A stretch of 64,000 nucleotides of DNA from an uncultured Chloroflexia bacterium (GCA_963750025.1 CAVVPF010000036.1:69523-133522), one strand, 5' to 3'. Shown: positions 18,221-28,379, counted from the first letter of the stretch. The notes: generated from the sequence alone by a model not told the origin. Program-made: numbers and translations.

Positions 18221-19248
18221 GCCGCCCGCCGTCCGAGGCGATCGAGGGCCGCCAGGAGACGGGCCCGGCCGTCCGCATCCGGGACCGCGATCCTCACCAC
18301 CCCGGGCAGGCCGAAGCTCGCGCAGGCGCGGATCGCGATCGACTGGGCTGCGAGATCCCTGAGCAACCCGTCGGTGTCGGCCCTGACCCCGACCAGGACG
18401 AAATTCGTCGTCGATGACCCAGGTTCGAAGCCGCGTTCTCGCAGCCCGTCGACCAGGCCGTCGCGCCAGGCGGCGGTCTGCGATCGGGCCGAATCGGTCA
18501 GACCCCAGCCGCCGGCCCCGGCCGCGGCGAGGGCGTGGCTACCGACGGCCCAGGGGTCTTGGAGTCGGCGGAGGTCGGCGGCGAGCGTCTCGGTCGCGAC
18601 CACGAACCCCACGCGAATCCCGGGGATCGCCAGGACCTTCGTCAGCGAGCGGACCACGACGACGCGATCGTCGTCGAGCGGGAAGCGCGAGGCGGCCGAT
18701 CGGAACGGGGCGAACGACTCGTCGACGACGACGTGCGCCCTGCCGGCCGCCGCCAGCAGCGCCGCGGCGTCGGCTTCGGTCAGGCTCTGTCCGGTGGGGT
18801 TGTTCGGATCGCACACGACGATCAGGTCCGGTTTGGTTGCCCGGATGGCCGCGACCGCCTCGGAGACGGGCGGTGCAAATGAGGGGCTTGCGGCGCGGAC
18901 CTCGTGGATCGAGGCCCGCCGCAGGTACCCGAGTCGGGCGTACTCGCCGTAGGTTGGGCCGAGCACGAGCATCCGCCCGCCCGGAGGCAGGAGCCGATCG
19001 ATCGTTAGGCGTAGGCCTTCGGTGGCGCCCGCGGTCAGCACCACGCGCGAGCGGTCGACGCCACTATCCGCAGCCAGCCGATCGATCGCCGGCTCGGGGT
19101 GGAGGTCGGCGTAGGCGCCGTAGCCGGCCGCCGCGACGGCGGCGACGACGCTCGGCGGGGTTCCGAGCGGGTTGAGGTTGGCGCTGAGGTCGAGGAACCC
19201 GGCCGGCGCGCCGCCGTGCGCAACCGGGGCAGGAACGGGTTCGTTCAT
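18217..19248 (-). CDS. cobD: Class I/II aminotransferase-fold L-threonine-O-3-phosphate decarboxylase
   Basis: 'LDLSANLNPLG', 'VCDPNNPTG' and 'RSLTKVLAIPGIRVG' (PLP lysine motif). Lies within the cob operon. Confidence 0.8.
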   Translation of the reverse strand: MNEPVPAPVAHGGAPAGFLDLSANLNPLGTPPSVVAAVAAAGYGAYADLHPEPAIDRLAADSGVDRSRVVLTAGATEGLRLTIDRLLPPGGRMLVLGPTYGEYARLGYLRRASIHEVRAASPSFAPPVSEAVAAIRATKPDLIVVCDPNNPTGQSLTEADAAALLAAAGRAHVVVDESFAPFRSAASRFPLDDDRVVVVRSLTKVLAIPGIRVGFVVATETLAADLRRLQDPWAVGSHALAAAGAGGWGLTDSARSQTAAWRDGLVDGLRERGFEPGSSTTNFVLVGVRADTDGLLRDLAAQSIAIRACASFGLPGVVRIAVPDADGRARLLAALDRLGRRAA

Positions 19249-20157
19249 CGCGTGCCCTCCCAGATGACGTAGCCGATGGTGGCGATGGCGGCCGCCGCCA
19301 AAACGATCGCGCGGGCCGAGCGGATGTCGGAGGCATCGGGCGACCGGCCGGCTCCGAGCCGGTATGTGCCCGGTTTCTCGAGCCAGACGCCGAGCGCTCC
19401 CGCCATGGCAGCCATCGGCCAGCCGGCGTTGGGGCTCGCCGTCCGACCCGCCTCGCGGTGCGCGGTGCGCGCCGCGCCTCCGGCGGATCTGCCGGTCGCG
19501 CTGGCCCCGCCGACCAGGGCGAGCGCGGTCAGGCGGGCGGGCAGGAGGTTGATGACGTCGTCGAGTCGGGCAGCCGGCTTGCCGAGGAACTCGCGGTCAT
19601 CGCGGTAGCCGATCATGGCGTCGGCGGTGTTGATGACGCGGTAGACCAGGGCGGCCGGAAGCCCGCCTACGGCATAGGCACACAGCGGCGCGACGTAGGA
19701 ATCGGCGAGGTTCTCGGCGAGTGATTCGATCGCCGCCGAGGCGATGTGGGCGCGATCGAGTTCGGCGATGGGACGGGAGACCAGCCAGGGGAGCGCCGCG
19801 CGGGCGGCGTCGAGGTCGTCGACCTCCAGCGCGCCGGCCACGCGGTCGGCCGCCTCGATCAGCGCCCGCAGGGCGAACGAGGACTTCAGGAGCCAGATCA
19901 TGCCGATGCAGCCCAGCGGGCCCCGGGCGTGGCGCTCCAGCCCGCGCCCGATCAGCCAGGCGATGACACTCGGGGCCAGCACCGCGAGCGTGCCCCGCAG
20001 CAGATCGCGGCTACGCCGACCGGACGGTCGACCGGCCAGGAGGTCGATTGCGCGGCCCATGAGCACGACGGGGTGGCCTGGCTCCGGCAGTTCACCCCAG
20101 GTCAGGTCCAGGGCGAGACCCGCGAGCAGCGCTGCGCTCCGGTTCATCCGGCCACCC
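19245..20157 (-). CDS. cbiB: Adenosylcobinamide-phosphate synthase
   Basis: ATG at 20157. 'LALDLTWGELPEPGHPVVLMG', 'ADAMIGYR' and 'NAGWPMAAMAGALG' are typical of CbiB/CobD membrane proteins. The upstream part of the listed ORF is Arg-rich nonsense. Confidence 0.85.
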
Positions 20158-20842
20158 GGGTTGCCGTCTCGCCGCGGATCGTCCGCCCGATCGCAGCGCC
20201 GATGATCCGGCCGACGGCGGTGCCCAGCTCGGTCGCGGATCCCGCGTGGCGGAACTGGTGGAGCCCAGAGCGGTGCCACAGGATGGCCACGGCGTCGGTG
20301 CTCGTGCCGCTGGCCAGCGCGCCGCCCGGAGTCCGGATCCCGGCCTCGACGAGAGCCGCCGCCTTCGCCTCGGCCACGAGCATGGCCAGCTCCACCGCGG
20401 CGGCCTCGGCGAGCTTGCGGCCACACAGGACGATGATGTTGATTGTCCCCGGACCGGTCGGCCCGCGCGCGCCCGGACGAGAGGCGTTGCTGAGCCCGAC
20501 GGTGATGACCGCGCGCAGCGCGACCCCGTCGGCGAGCCCGGCCACGAGCTGTGTCTCCGTGAGGTCGACGGCGGTCATGAGCCCGACCGTCGGACCGGGC
20601 AGCCCGAGGTCACGCGATGCCTTCCGCAGGTCGCGCTCCGGGCGGTCGCAGCGGTAGGTCTTGGGGACCTGGAGATGCAGCAGCGAGTGGGCGTGCCGCC
20701 GCCCGCCGCCCAGGACGGCGCTGCTCAGCACCTGCCACGGTGCGGCTAGGATCAGGACCACCGAGCCCGGCCGCCGTTCATAGGCCACGCCATCGAGCAG
20801 CTCGTGGCGCTCGATCACGGGGCCCAAGACGACGGCGCTCAT
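20144..20842 (-). CDS. cbiZ: Adenosylcobinamide amidohydrolase
   Basis: ATG at 20842 overlaps the cobS stop (ATGA). 'LSSAVLGGG', 'GLMTAVDL', 'GTINIIVL' and 'GTSTDAVAI' are CbiZ-family motifs. Confidence 0.75.
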   Translation of the reverse strand: MSAVVLGPVIERHELLDGVAYERRPGSVVLILAAPWQVLSSAVLGGGRRHAHSLLHLQVPKTYRCDRPERDLRKASRDLGLPGPTVGLMTAVDLTETQLVAGLADGVALRAVITVGLSNASRPGARGPTGPGTINIIVLCGRKLAEAAAVELAMLVAEAKAAALVEAGIRTPGGALASGTSTDAVAILWHRSGLHQFRHAGSATELGTAVGRIIGAAIGRTIRGETATRVAG

Positions 20843-21569
20843 CGAACGACGACCTCCGCCACCAGCGCGGCGAGGAAGGCCAGCTCGGCCGCCGCCCCAT
20901 AGCTGTCCCCGCTCACCACGCCGAACCGCCGGCCGAGGACCGCGACCGCGATCAGACCGGTGAGGAGCGAGGCCCCTGCCGTCACGAGGTGCGTCGGCCC
21001 AGCCACCAGCCCGAGCCCGAGAACGACCGCGGCGCAGACGCCGACGTCGACCGCCCGGACCGACCGCCCCCACCACGCGCCGAGGCCGGCTTCGCCGTGT
21101 GACGCGAGTGGCGCGGCGAGGACGGGCACCGAGCGCGAGGCCGCGCCGCCGAGGACGAGGGCCGGCAGGAGGCTCGACCACGGCAGGGCCGCGAGGGCCG
21201 CGCAGTCCGCGATCAAGACCAGCGCGGTACCGGCGGCTCCCAAGGCTCCCACGGCCGGATCGCGACGCGCCCGTTCGGCCCGATCGGGCGAGGGTGCGGC
21301 GAGGGCATCGATCGTGTCGGCCAGACCGTCCAGATGCAAGCCGCCCGACATGAAGGCCAGCACGGCGATCGCCGCCGTCGCGGCCAGCAGGGGAGCCGAG
21401 GCGTGCAGCACCAGGGCCGGCACCGCCGCAGCAGCGCCGAGCGCCCCCCGACGAGGGCGAAGGCGGCGGCTCCGCCGCCCTCGACGGGCGACCGCACCGG
21501 GAGGCGCGTCAGCATGGCCACGGCCGCTCGCACCGTGAGCAGCCCGGCGCCGAAGCCGATCTGCGCCAT
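20839..21569 (-). CDS. cobS: Adenosylcobinamide-GDP ribazoletransferase (cobalamin synthase), with an apparent frameshift in a C6/G6 run at 21444-21449
   Basis: N-terminus 'MAQIGFGAGLLTVRAAVAMLTRLPV' is in ORF 21213..21569. The remainder, 'MSGGLHLDGLADTIDAL...VVSGDSYGA', is in ORF 20839..21423. Adding one G to the run restores 'FALVGGALGAAAAVPALV'. Confidence 0.85.
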
Positions 21570-22114
21570 CAGAACTCGATCCCGAGCTGCGCCGGGACTC
21601 CCCGAGTGTGGTGATGGCGAACTAGGCGCACCTCACTGACGAGGTCGGCGGCCGCGATAAGCTTGGCCGGCGCGTTGCGTCCGGTGAGTAGGACGTGGAC
21701 GCCATCCGCGCGCGTCGTGATCAGCTCAAGCACGTCCTCGGCGTCGACCAGTCCCGCTGCGATGGCTCCCAGGATCTCGTCGAGCACGACCAGTCCGACC
21801 TCACCCGAGCGGAGATGGACGCGGGCCCGTTCGAGACCATCACGTGCCGCGGCGCCGTGGGCTTCCATCGGGATCCGGGGATCTCGGAGCCGCTCGATCG
21901 TGAATCCGAGCCCGACCCGCTCCACCGTAATCGGCAGATCCGTCCGCGCCAGGGCTCGGACCTCTCCGGTCTGCCAGGAGCCCTTGATGAACTGGACGAT
22001 CGCCACCCGCATCCCGGAGCCGGAAGCCCGGAGGGCCTGGCCGAAGGCAGACGTCGTCTTGCCCTTGCCGTCGCCGGTCATGATCATCACGAGCGACTTG
22101 CGCCGCCGGCTCAC
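21569..22114 (-). CDS. cobO: Cob(I)yrinic acid a,c-diamide (corrinoid) adenosyltransferase
   Basis: GTG at 22114 overlaps the upstream stop (GTGA). 'VMIMTGDGKGKTTSAFG', 'IVQFIKG', 'VLDEI' and 'LLTGRNAP'. Its stop overlaps the cobS ATG. Confidence 0.85.
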   Translation of the reverse strand: MSRRRKSLVMIMTGDGKGKTTSAFGQALRASGSGMRVAIVQFIKGSWQTGEVRALARTDLPITVERVGLGFTIERLRDPRIPMEAHGAAARDGLERARVHLRSGEVGLVVLDEILGAIAAGLVDAEDVLELITTRADGVHVLLTGRNAPAKLIAAADLVSEVRLVRHHHTRGVPAQLGIEF

Positions 22115-22890
22115 TGGAGCGTCTCGTAGTCGACGACGAGCGCCCGATGCCGTCGGGCGACGAGCGCCGGTGCCAGCGCGACGCCGAAGATCGATCCGAC
22201 CATGCCGAGATCGAGCTGGTCGACCTGGTGGTCGAGGATCAGCCGGCCGCCGGCGAGGACGACGATCCGGTCGGCGGCGGCGAGCGCGGCATCGAGATCG
22301 TGGAGGACCGCGACCACGGCCCGGCCCTCCTCCGCCCAGCGACGCAGGGCCCCGAGCGTGTCCGCCACGTGCGCGACATCGAGGTGGCTGGTCGGCTCGT
22401 CGAGGAGAAGCACATCGCTGCCCTGGGCCTCGAGGGCGGCCAGCCAAACGCGCTGACGCTCGCCGTCGGAGAGCCCGCCGATCCGGCGGCCGGCGAACGC
22501 CCCCAGGCCGAAGCGCGCAACGGCCGCCCCGACCGCCGGCTCGTCCTGGCCGGTGGTTCGCCACCAACTGCGGTGGGCGAACCGCGCGAGCGCCACCACG
22601 TCTCGCACCGGATAGGCCATCGGCACGGCGATGCGGGCGGGCGCCAGGAAGGCGATTCGTCGGCTGCGCTCCCGAGCGGTCAGCTCCCCGATGGGGCGTC
22701 CATCGAGGAGCGCCGCTCCACGTGCCGGGCGGAGCAGGCCGGCAAGGACCCGCAGCAGGGTCGTCTTGCCCGCCCCGTTGGGACCGACGATGGCGACAAA
22801 CTCGCCGGCCCGGACCTCCAGGCTCACCCCGGTGAGAATCTCAACCTCCCCGATCCGGATGGTCACGCCCGCGAGTTGCATGGTCGTCAT
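22111..22890 (-). CDS. ABC transporter ATP-binding protein, FecE/BtuD type
   Basis: Walker A 'GPNGAGKTTLL', signature 'LSDGERQRV' and Walker B 'LLLDEPTSHLD'. Confidence 0.9.
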   Translation of the reverse strand: MTTMQLAGVTIRIGEVEILTGVSLEVRAGEFVAIVGPNGAGKTTLLRVLAGLLRPARGAALLDGRPIGELTARERSRRIAFLAPARIAVPMAYPVRDVVALARFAHRSWWRTTGQDEPAVGAAVARFGLGAFAGRRIGGLSDGERQRVWLAALEAQGSDVLLLDEPTSHLDVAHVADTLGALRRWAEEGRAVVAVLHDLDAALAAADRIVVLAGGRLILDHQVDQLDLGMVGSIFGVALAPALVARRHRALVVDYETLQ

Positions 22891-23927
22891 CCCACGCGCT
22901 CCCGGCGGAGGTGCAGCAGGACCAGGAAGAACGGCCCACCCACCGCCGCGGTCACGACCCCGACCGGGAGGTTTCCCTCCGGCAGCGCGGTGCGCGCGAC
23001 GAGATCGGCCAGGACGAGGAAGGCCGCCCCACCGAGCGCCGAAAGGAGCAGGAGCGGCCGGTGCTGCGGCCCGACGAGGAGGCGGACGACGTGCGGCGCG
23101 ACGAGGCCAACGAACGCGATCAGCCCGCTCGCCGAGACGGCGGCCGCCGTGACCAGCGTGGCGGCGGCCACCGTTCCGAGCTTGGCGACCTCGACGCGGA
23201 GGCCCATCGCGGCGGCCGCCTCCTCGTCGAGCTGGAGGAGATCCAGGCTGGGGGCGAGGACCAGGAGACCGACTACGCCGACCCCGACCGGGATCGCCAC
23301 CCGCAGCACCAGCTCCCAGCTCGCGGTATTGAAGCCGCCGAGCAGCCAGGCGTAGGCGGCGAAGATCCGATCGCCCGACGAGAACAGGACGAATGAACTG
23401 ACGGCCCCGCCGATGGCCGCCACCGCGATGCCGGCGAGGAGCAGCGCGGCGACCGAGGTCTGGCCGCCGGCCTGTGCGAGGAGGAGCGCGAGAACCACCG
23501 CCACGATGCCCCCGACAAAGGCGGCGAGCTGGACCGCCCCGAGCGCGTAGGCGAACGGCGGCAGGCTGGCCGTCAGGACGAGGACCGCGCCGGCGCTGGC
23601 GCCCGATGAGATCCCCACCAGATACGGATCCGCGAGCGGGTTGCGGAAGAGGCCCTGGAGGGCCGCGCCCGCGATCGCCAGGGCGGCCCCGGTGATGGCG
23701 GCCAGGACCACCCGGGGCAGCCGAACGTCGAGCAGGATCGGGACGAGGCTGCTGTCGCCGCGGTACGATCCGCCGCCGAGCCTCGCTGCCACGATTGCCA
23801 GCTGGTCGCCGAGCGGGATCGTCACCCGACCCACGGCCGCCCCGATCACCACGCTCGCGGCCAGGGCGGTCACGAGGGCGAGGATCGCGAATCCTCTCCG
23901 GCGGTCGTGGATGGCGAGCCTCGACAC
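22887..23927 (-). CDS. FecCD/BtuC-family ABC transporter permease
   Basis: 346-aa polytopic membrane protein. 'PRVVLAAITGAALAIAGAALQGLFRNPLADPYLVGISSGA' is the FecCD family signature. Confidence 0.9.
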   Translation of the reverse strand: MSRLAIHDRRRGFAILALVTALAASVVIGAAVGRVTIPLGDQLAIVAARLGGGSYRGDSSLVPILLDVRLPRVVLAAITGAALAIAGAALQGLFRNPLADPYLVGISSGASAGAVLVLTASLPPFAYALGAVQLAAFVGGIVAVVLALLLAQAGGQTSVAALLLAGIAVAAIGGAVSSFVLFSSGDRIFAAYAWLLGGFNTASWELVLRVAIPVGVGVVGLLVLAPSLDLLQLDEEAAAAMGLRVEVAKLGTVAAATLVTAAAVSASGLIAFVGLVAPHVVRLLVGPQHRPLLLLSALGGAAFLVLADLVARTALPEGNLPVGVVTAAVGGPFFLVLLHLRRERVG

Positions 23928-23932
23928 GAGGC

Positions 23933-24880
23933 TCAGGGCGTCGGGTGGAGGGCGGCGGCGATCTGCTCGAGAGCGTCGACGACGCGCGGTCCCGGGCGGG
24001 AGCCGATGTCGGCGTCGATGGCCACGATCCGCTTCGTCACGACGGCACTCACCTTCGACCAGCCCGGTCGCGCTGCGACGGCGTCCGCGGTCACCCCGGC
24101 GACCTCGTCGGCCAGGATGATGACCGCCGGGTTGGCCGCGATCACCTCCTCTGAGCTGAGCTGCGGGTAGGCGGTCGTGGCGCCGGCCGCGATGTTGCGG
24201 CCGCCGGCCCGCCGAATGATGTCGTCGATGAAGGTACCGGGGCCGGGCGTGAACAGCGTCGGATCGAGCTCGTAGAAGACCGAGACCGGATCGCTGCTCG
24301 CCACCTTGGCCTCGACCGCAGCGATCCGCGCCCGGAGTTGGGATACGAGCTCGTCGGCCTTGGTTTGCTGGCCACCGACTCGGCCCAAGAGCGCGAGGTC
24401 GACCAAGACCCCCTCGATGCTCTTGGCCGCCAGGACAAGCGTGGGAATCTTCTGTGCATCGAGCCAGGGCACGAGGTCGGCGACGTGGACGTCGGTCACG
24501 AGCACGAGATCGGGCTTGGCGCCCAGGATCGCCTCCAGGTCGGGCTGGGTGTAGCTGCCGATCGAAGTCCGCGACGCGGCCGCGGGCGGGTAGTTCGAGA
24601 ACTTGTCGACGGCCACGACCTCGTCCCCGAGCCCGACGGCAAAGGCGAGTTCGGTGGCGGAGGGGGCGGCCGAGACGATGCGCTGCGGCGGGGTGGTGAA
24701 TGTGACCGTTCGGCCGGCGTCGTCACGAACTGTGACGGGGGACGGTGAGGTCGTCGCTGTCGGGGTCGCGGTTACCGCCGTCGGCGAGGAGACCGCCGTG
24801 GGACTGACGGCGGCACCCGTGCAGCCGGCGACGATCGCCAGCACCAGGGCCAACAGGAACATGCGAACGCAGGCGAGCAC
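23933..24880 (-). CDS. BtuF-like ABC substrate-binding lipoprotein
   Basis: GAGGAGG lies 6 nt upstream of GTG 24880. Signal peptide with lipobox 'LAIVAGC'. 'RIVSAAPSATELAFAVGLGDEVVAVD' is the periplasmic-binding-protein (PF01497-type) motif. Confidence 0.85.
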   Translation of the reverse strand: MLACVRMFLLALVLAIVAGCTGAAVSPTAVSSPTAVTATPTATTSPSPVTVRDDAGRTVTFTTPPQRIVSAAPSATELAFAVGLGDEVVAVDKFSNYPPAAASRTSIGSYTQPDLEAILGAKPDLVLVTDVHVADLVPWLDAQKIPTLVLAAKSIEGVLVDLALLGRVGGQQTKADELVSQLRARIAAVEAKVASSDPVSVFYELDPTLFTPGPGTFIDDIIRRAGGRNIAAGATTAYPQLSSEEVIAANPAVIILADEVAGVTADAVAARPGWSKVSAVVTKRIVAIDADIGSRPGPRVVDALEQIAAALHPTP

Positions 24881-24984
24881 GAGCCACCTCCTCGGGTGAG
24901 CGACTGCATGGACGTCGCCCGCTCGAGCGGGACCGAACCGAGGGCACAGAAAACCCTCGGCCCGGGAGGGGACGAGGGCGGTGC

Positions 24985-25165
24985 GGACGGATGCCGGACG
25001 GCCCGCGCCTTTCTCTCGAAGGCGACGCGTGGACCAAGCGCAGAGGCCGGTGATCTGGCTCCCGCCCGGCTGGGCGGATACAGTTGCGGGACAGCGCCGG
25101 CTTCGCACCGGCTTCCCCGTTGCTCTCGCCTTGCGGCGAGCGCACCTCTGTCGCTATTCAGTTGT
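24985..25165 (-). promoter_or_regulatory. Cobalamin (B12) riboswitch in the leader of the btuF-cobT operon
   Basis: The minus strand reads '...AACGGGAAGCCGGTGCGAAGCCGGCGCTGTCCCGCAACTGTA...' followed by the B12 box 'GGGAGCCAGATCACCGGCC' (25046-25063). P1-like pairing CAGAGG/CCTCTG is present. A downstream hairpin CCGAGGG-N9-CCCTCGG lies at ~24938-24960, before the RBS. Confidence 0.85.
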
Positions 25166-25233
25166 AGCCGCGATGCTAACCGATTGCGGCCGCCCATCGC
25201 AAGCCCGAAGCCCGCGCCGCGAGGAGACCGATC

Positions 25234-26731
25234 GTGCAGAAGCCCAGCCGTCTCGCGCCCTGTCTGATGGTCCAGGGATCGGCATCGGGCGTGGGTAAGA
25301 GCGTCGTCGCGACGGCGCTCTGCCGAGTCTTGCGCGAAGAAGGATTCCGCGTCGCGCCGTTCAAAGCGCAGAACATGTCGAACAACGCGGCGGTCACCGC
25401 CGACGGCGGCGAGATCGGCCGAGCGCAGGCTGCCCAGGCGGAGGCGGCGGGGATCGAACCCACCGTCGAGATGAATCCGATCCTGCTCAAACCCGAAGCG
25501 GACGACCGCGGCCAGCTCGTCGTCCGGGGCCGTGTGGTGGGTAGCTACGCCGCGCGTGACTACTGGCGGCACCGCGGGGAGCTGTGGCCGGTGGTCACCG
25601 CCTCCCTGGACACCTTGCGGCGCGGCTACGACGTCGTGGTCGTCGAGGGGGCGGGCAGTCCGGCCGAGCTCAACCTGCGCCGGAGCGACCTCGCGAACAT
25701 GCGCGTGGCCCGGCATGCCGGGGCACGAGTGCTTCTCGTCGGCGACATCGAGCGGGGCGGAATCTTCGCGCAACTGCTTGGAACGCTCGACCTGCTCCCC
25801 GCGAGTGAACGCCGACTGGTTCGCGGCCTGATTGTGAACAAGTTCCGAGGCGACCGGACGCTGTTCGACGATGGCGCCCGAATCCTCGCCCGGCGGGCTG
25901 GCGTGCCCGTGTTGGGCGTCCTCGCCTACGAACCGCGTCTACCGGTCCCGCCGGAGGATACGCAGTCTCTCGAGACACGCCCGGCGGTTGACGCCACGGC
26001 AAGCCTCCACGCCGCGCTCATCGCCTACCCGCGGCTCAGCAACTTCGACGACCTCGATCCGTTGCAGGCTGCTGGCGTCGACGTCCGCGTGGTCCGCTCG
26101 CCAGGGGAGCTCGGGCTCCCGGACCTCATCGTCCTGCCGGGTAGCAAGGCGACGATCGCCGATTTGACATGGCTCCGGGGCAGCGGTTTGGCGACCGCCA
26201 TCGTCCGGGCCGGGGGCCAGGGCGTCCCGATCATGGGCATCTGTGGAGGGTTCCAGATGCTCGGGGACTGGATCGAGGATCCAGACGGGGTCGAAGGGCC
26301 GTCTGCCTCGGTGCCCGGGCTCGGCCTGCTCCCGGTCCGGACGCGCCTCACCGAAGTGAAGACGACCAGCCTGGTGGAGGGCACCACCAGCAGTGGCACG
26401 TCACTCGTTCCGAGCGGGACTCCCGTCCACGGCTACGAGATCCACGTCGGCGTCTCGGAGTTGGGCTCGGCCGTGCCGTTTGCCAGCATCAGACCGATCA
26501 GCGGGGGCGGCGAGCCCCGATGGGGCCGTTGCTGAGAGCGGACTCGTCTTCGGCACGTATGTCCACGGAGCGTTTCGGAACCCGGAGTTTCTGCGGAGAG
26601 CCCTACGCTCGCTTGCCTTCCGCCGCGGGATCGGCGTGCCGACACGCTCGGCCGACGACGGCGACCACCTGTCCCGCTGGTTCCGCAGCGGGGCCGACGT
26701 CGAACGGATGGTGAGCTGGCTCCGTCCGTGA
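25234..26731 (+). CDS. cobQ: Cobyric acid synthase, with an apparent frameshift at about 26503-26518
   Basis: 'LMVQGSASGVGKS', 'APFKAQNMSNNA', 'VVVVEGAGSPAE' and 'GICGGFQMLG' (glutaminase Cys). The C-terminal 'GLVFGTYVHGAFRNPEFLRR' is in the frame of ORF 26393..26731. Confidence 0.9.
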
Positions 26732-27362
26732 GTCGGGAGAGGCGAATATCGCGGAGATCGGTGCCTGATCCCGACTGGAGGTCCCGGGCTCGTGACACCG
26801 TTATCCGCGGAAGCCAGCGGCGTTGCCAGGCACCCTCGGGCAAGTCGGGCCCGTCTCGGCCGCGACACCAACGGTCACGGCCGACGGAGAAGCAGTCAAC
26901 TCCGTGCCACAACTGGCCACAACGTGTTCCGCATCCCTCGCGCAGAAGGTCCGCCACCGTTGTGCGTCGCGACCCGGCGACGGCCTCGAGTCGGGCTGCG
27001 AGTTCCCGCGGCAGGACGACGCTTGCCCTCGGTCCGATAACCCACTACTCGACCCGAACGCCGCCACGGTCGCTGCCGCCGAACGTCACATCGCGGTGGC
27101 GGAGGCTCGTCCGGACGCCCTATCGCCGTGATCCGCTCGCGTCGGCGTTCGAGCAGGCGGCGTCCCTGACCGCTCGGGGTGGAGGGCTACGCACTGTTTT
27201 AGCCCTGAGGAGCCTACGGCCAGGGTGAACCCGAGTCGCTTGGCGGGTGCGCCAGTTATGTCAAGAGGCGCGCAGTGGCTAAGGTTTGTCCGGGGGCGTA
27301 ACTCGCCGACCACCTCCGGCGTGGCGCCGACTGATCCACCGTCGTGACGTAAGCTGGCCGAC

Positions 27363-28352
27363 ATGGGCGCGACCAAGGCCAGCCAACCCTTCACCCTCGA
27401 GCATCCGGCATTCCGCCTGTCCGGCGCTGGCCATCTCGATCGTCCGGCACGCCGCATCATCTCGCTCCTGCCGTCCGCGACGGAGATCGTCTGCGCTCTC
27501 GGTCTGGCCGACCGATTGGTGGCCGTCACCCATGAGTGCGACTTCCCGCCCAGTGCGCTGGTGGGATTGCCGCGGATCACCGCTAATCGCCTCCCCACCG
27601 AGATGCGCCGCTCAGGCGAGATCGACATCGCGGTCCGTGCCGCGGTCGGCAGTGGCCACGGCCTATACGCGCTTGATGAGAGGCTCATGACAGAGCTGGA
27701 GTCGGACGTCGTGCTGACCCAGGAGCTGTGCCACGTCTGTGCTGTCTCGTACCCCACGGTGCTGCAGGCGGCGCGCACCGCCGGTGGCCAGAACGGTCCC
27801 GTGGTTGTTTCACTGGAGCCACACACGGTGACCGACGTGCTGGAGACCATTAGGCTGGTCGCCCGCCTGGCGGGCGTCGATGCGCGCGGCAAGCGCCTGG
27901 CAGCCGCGCTGTCCCGCAGCCTGGCAGCGATCAGGCGACCGCCGCGACGCCCGCGTATTGCCCTTATTGAGTGGCTAGAGCCGCTCTTCGCCCCGGGTCA
28001 TTGGGTCCCGGAGCAAATCGTGTTGGCCGGCGGCGAGCCAGCCGTCGGCGTGGCCGGGGCGCGTTCACGTGAGATGAGCTGGGAGACCTTGGTGGGCTCA
28101 GATCCGGAGGTCATCGTCCTCGGCCTGTGCGGCTTCGACCTGGCGCGGACCATCGATGAATGGGCGACCTTCGAAGCGCCTCAGGCGCTCGCCCAGACTC
28201 CCGCCTGGCGTGATGGCCAGCTCTGGGCTATCGACGGTTCGGCCTACATCTCGCGGCCGGAGCCTCGCCTGGTGGACGGCGTCGCGATCTTGGCCGCGAT
28301 CCTCGCGGGGCGTTCGGATCCCCGCGCGGTCCGCCTACCGCGAGCAGGGTGA
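27363..28352 (+). CDS. Periplasmic-binding-protein family (BtuF/FhuD-like) protein without an obvious signal peptide
   Basis: 'RRIISLLPSATEIVCALGLADRLVAVTHECDFP' and 'VIVLGLCGFD...DGSAYISRPEPRLVDGV' are typical of the PF01497 cobalamin/siderophore-binding fold. The N-terminus is not hydrophobic. Confidence 0.75.
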   Translation: MGATKASQPFTLEHPAFRLSGAGHLDRPARRIISLLPSATEIVCALGLADRLVAVTHECDFPPSALVGLPRITANRLPTEMRRSGEIDIAVRAAVGSGHGLYALDERLMTELESDVVLTQELCHVCAVSYPTVLQAARTAGGQNGPVVVSLEPHTVTDVLETIRLVARLAGVDARGKRLAAALSRSLAAIRRPPRRPRIALIEWLEPLFAPGHWVPEQIVLAGGEPAVGVAGARSREMSWETLVGSDPEVIVLGLCGFDLARTIDEWATFEAPQALAQTPAWRDGQLWAIDGSAYISRPEPRLVDGVAILAAILAGRSDPRAVRLPRAG

Positions 28353-28364
28353 ACGCGCCTCAAT

Positions 28365-28379
28365 CGGGGCTTGGCCCCG
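28365..28379 (+). terminator. Short GC hairpin after the BtuF-like gene (weak terminator candidate)
   Basis: CGGGGC-TTG-GCCCCG lies 13 nt after the stop. There is no U-tract. Confidence 0.25.

Noticed and set aside
26728-27228. 166-aa plus-strand ORF and overlapping ORFs in the cobQ / BtuF-like gap
   Set aside because: All the translations are Arg/Ser/Pro-rich low-complexity sequence with no motifs. The stretch was treated as non-coding or decayed (see the finding for 26732-27362).
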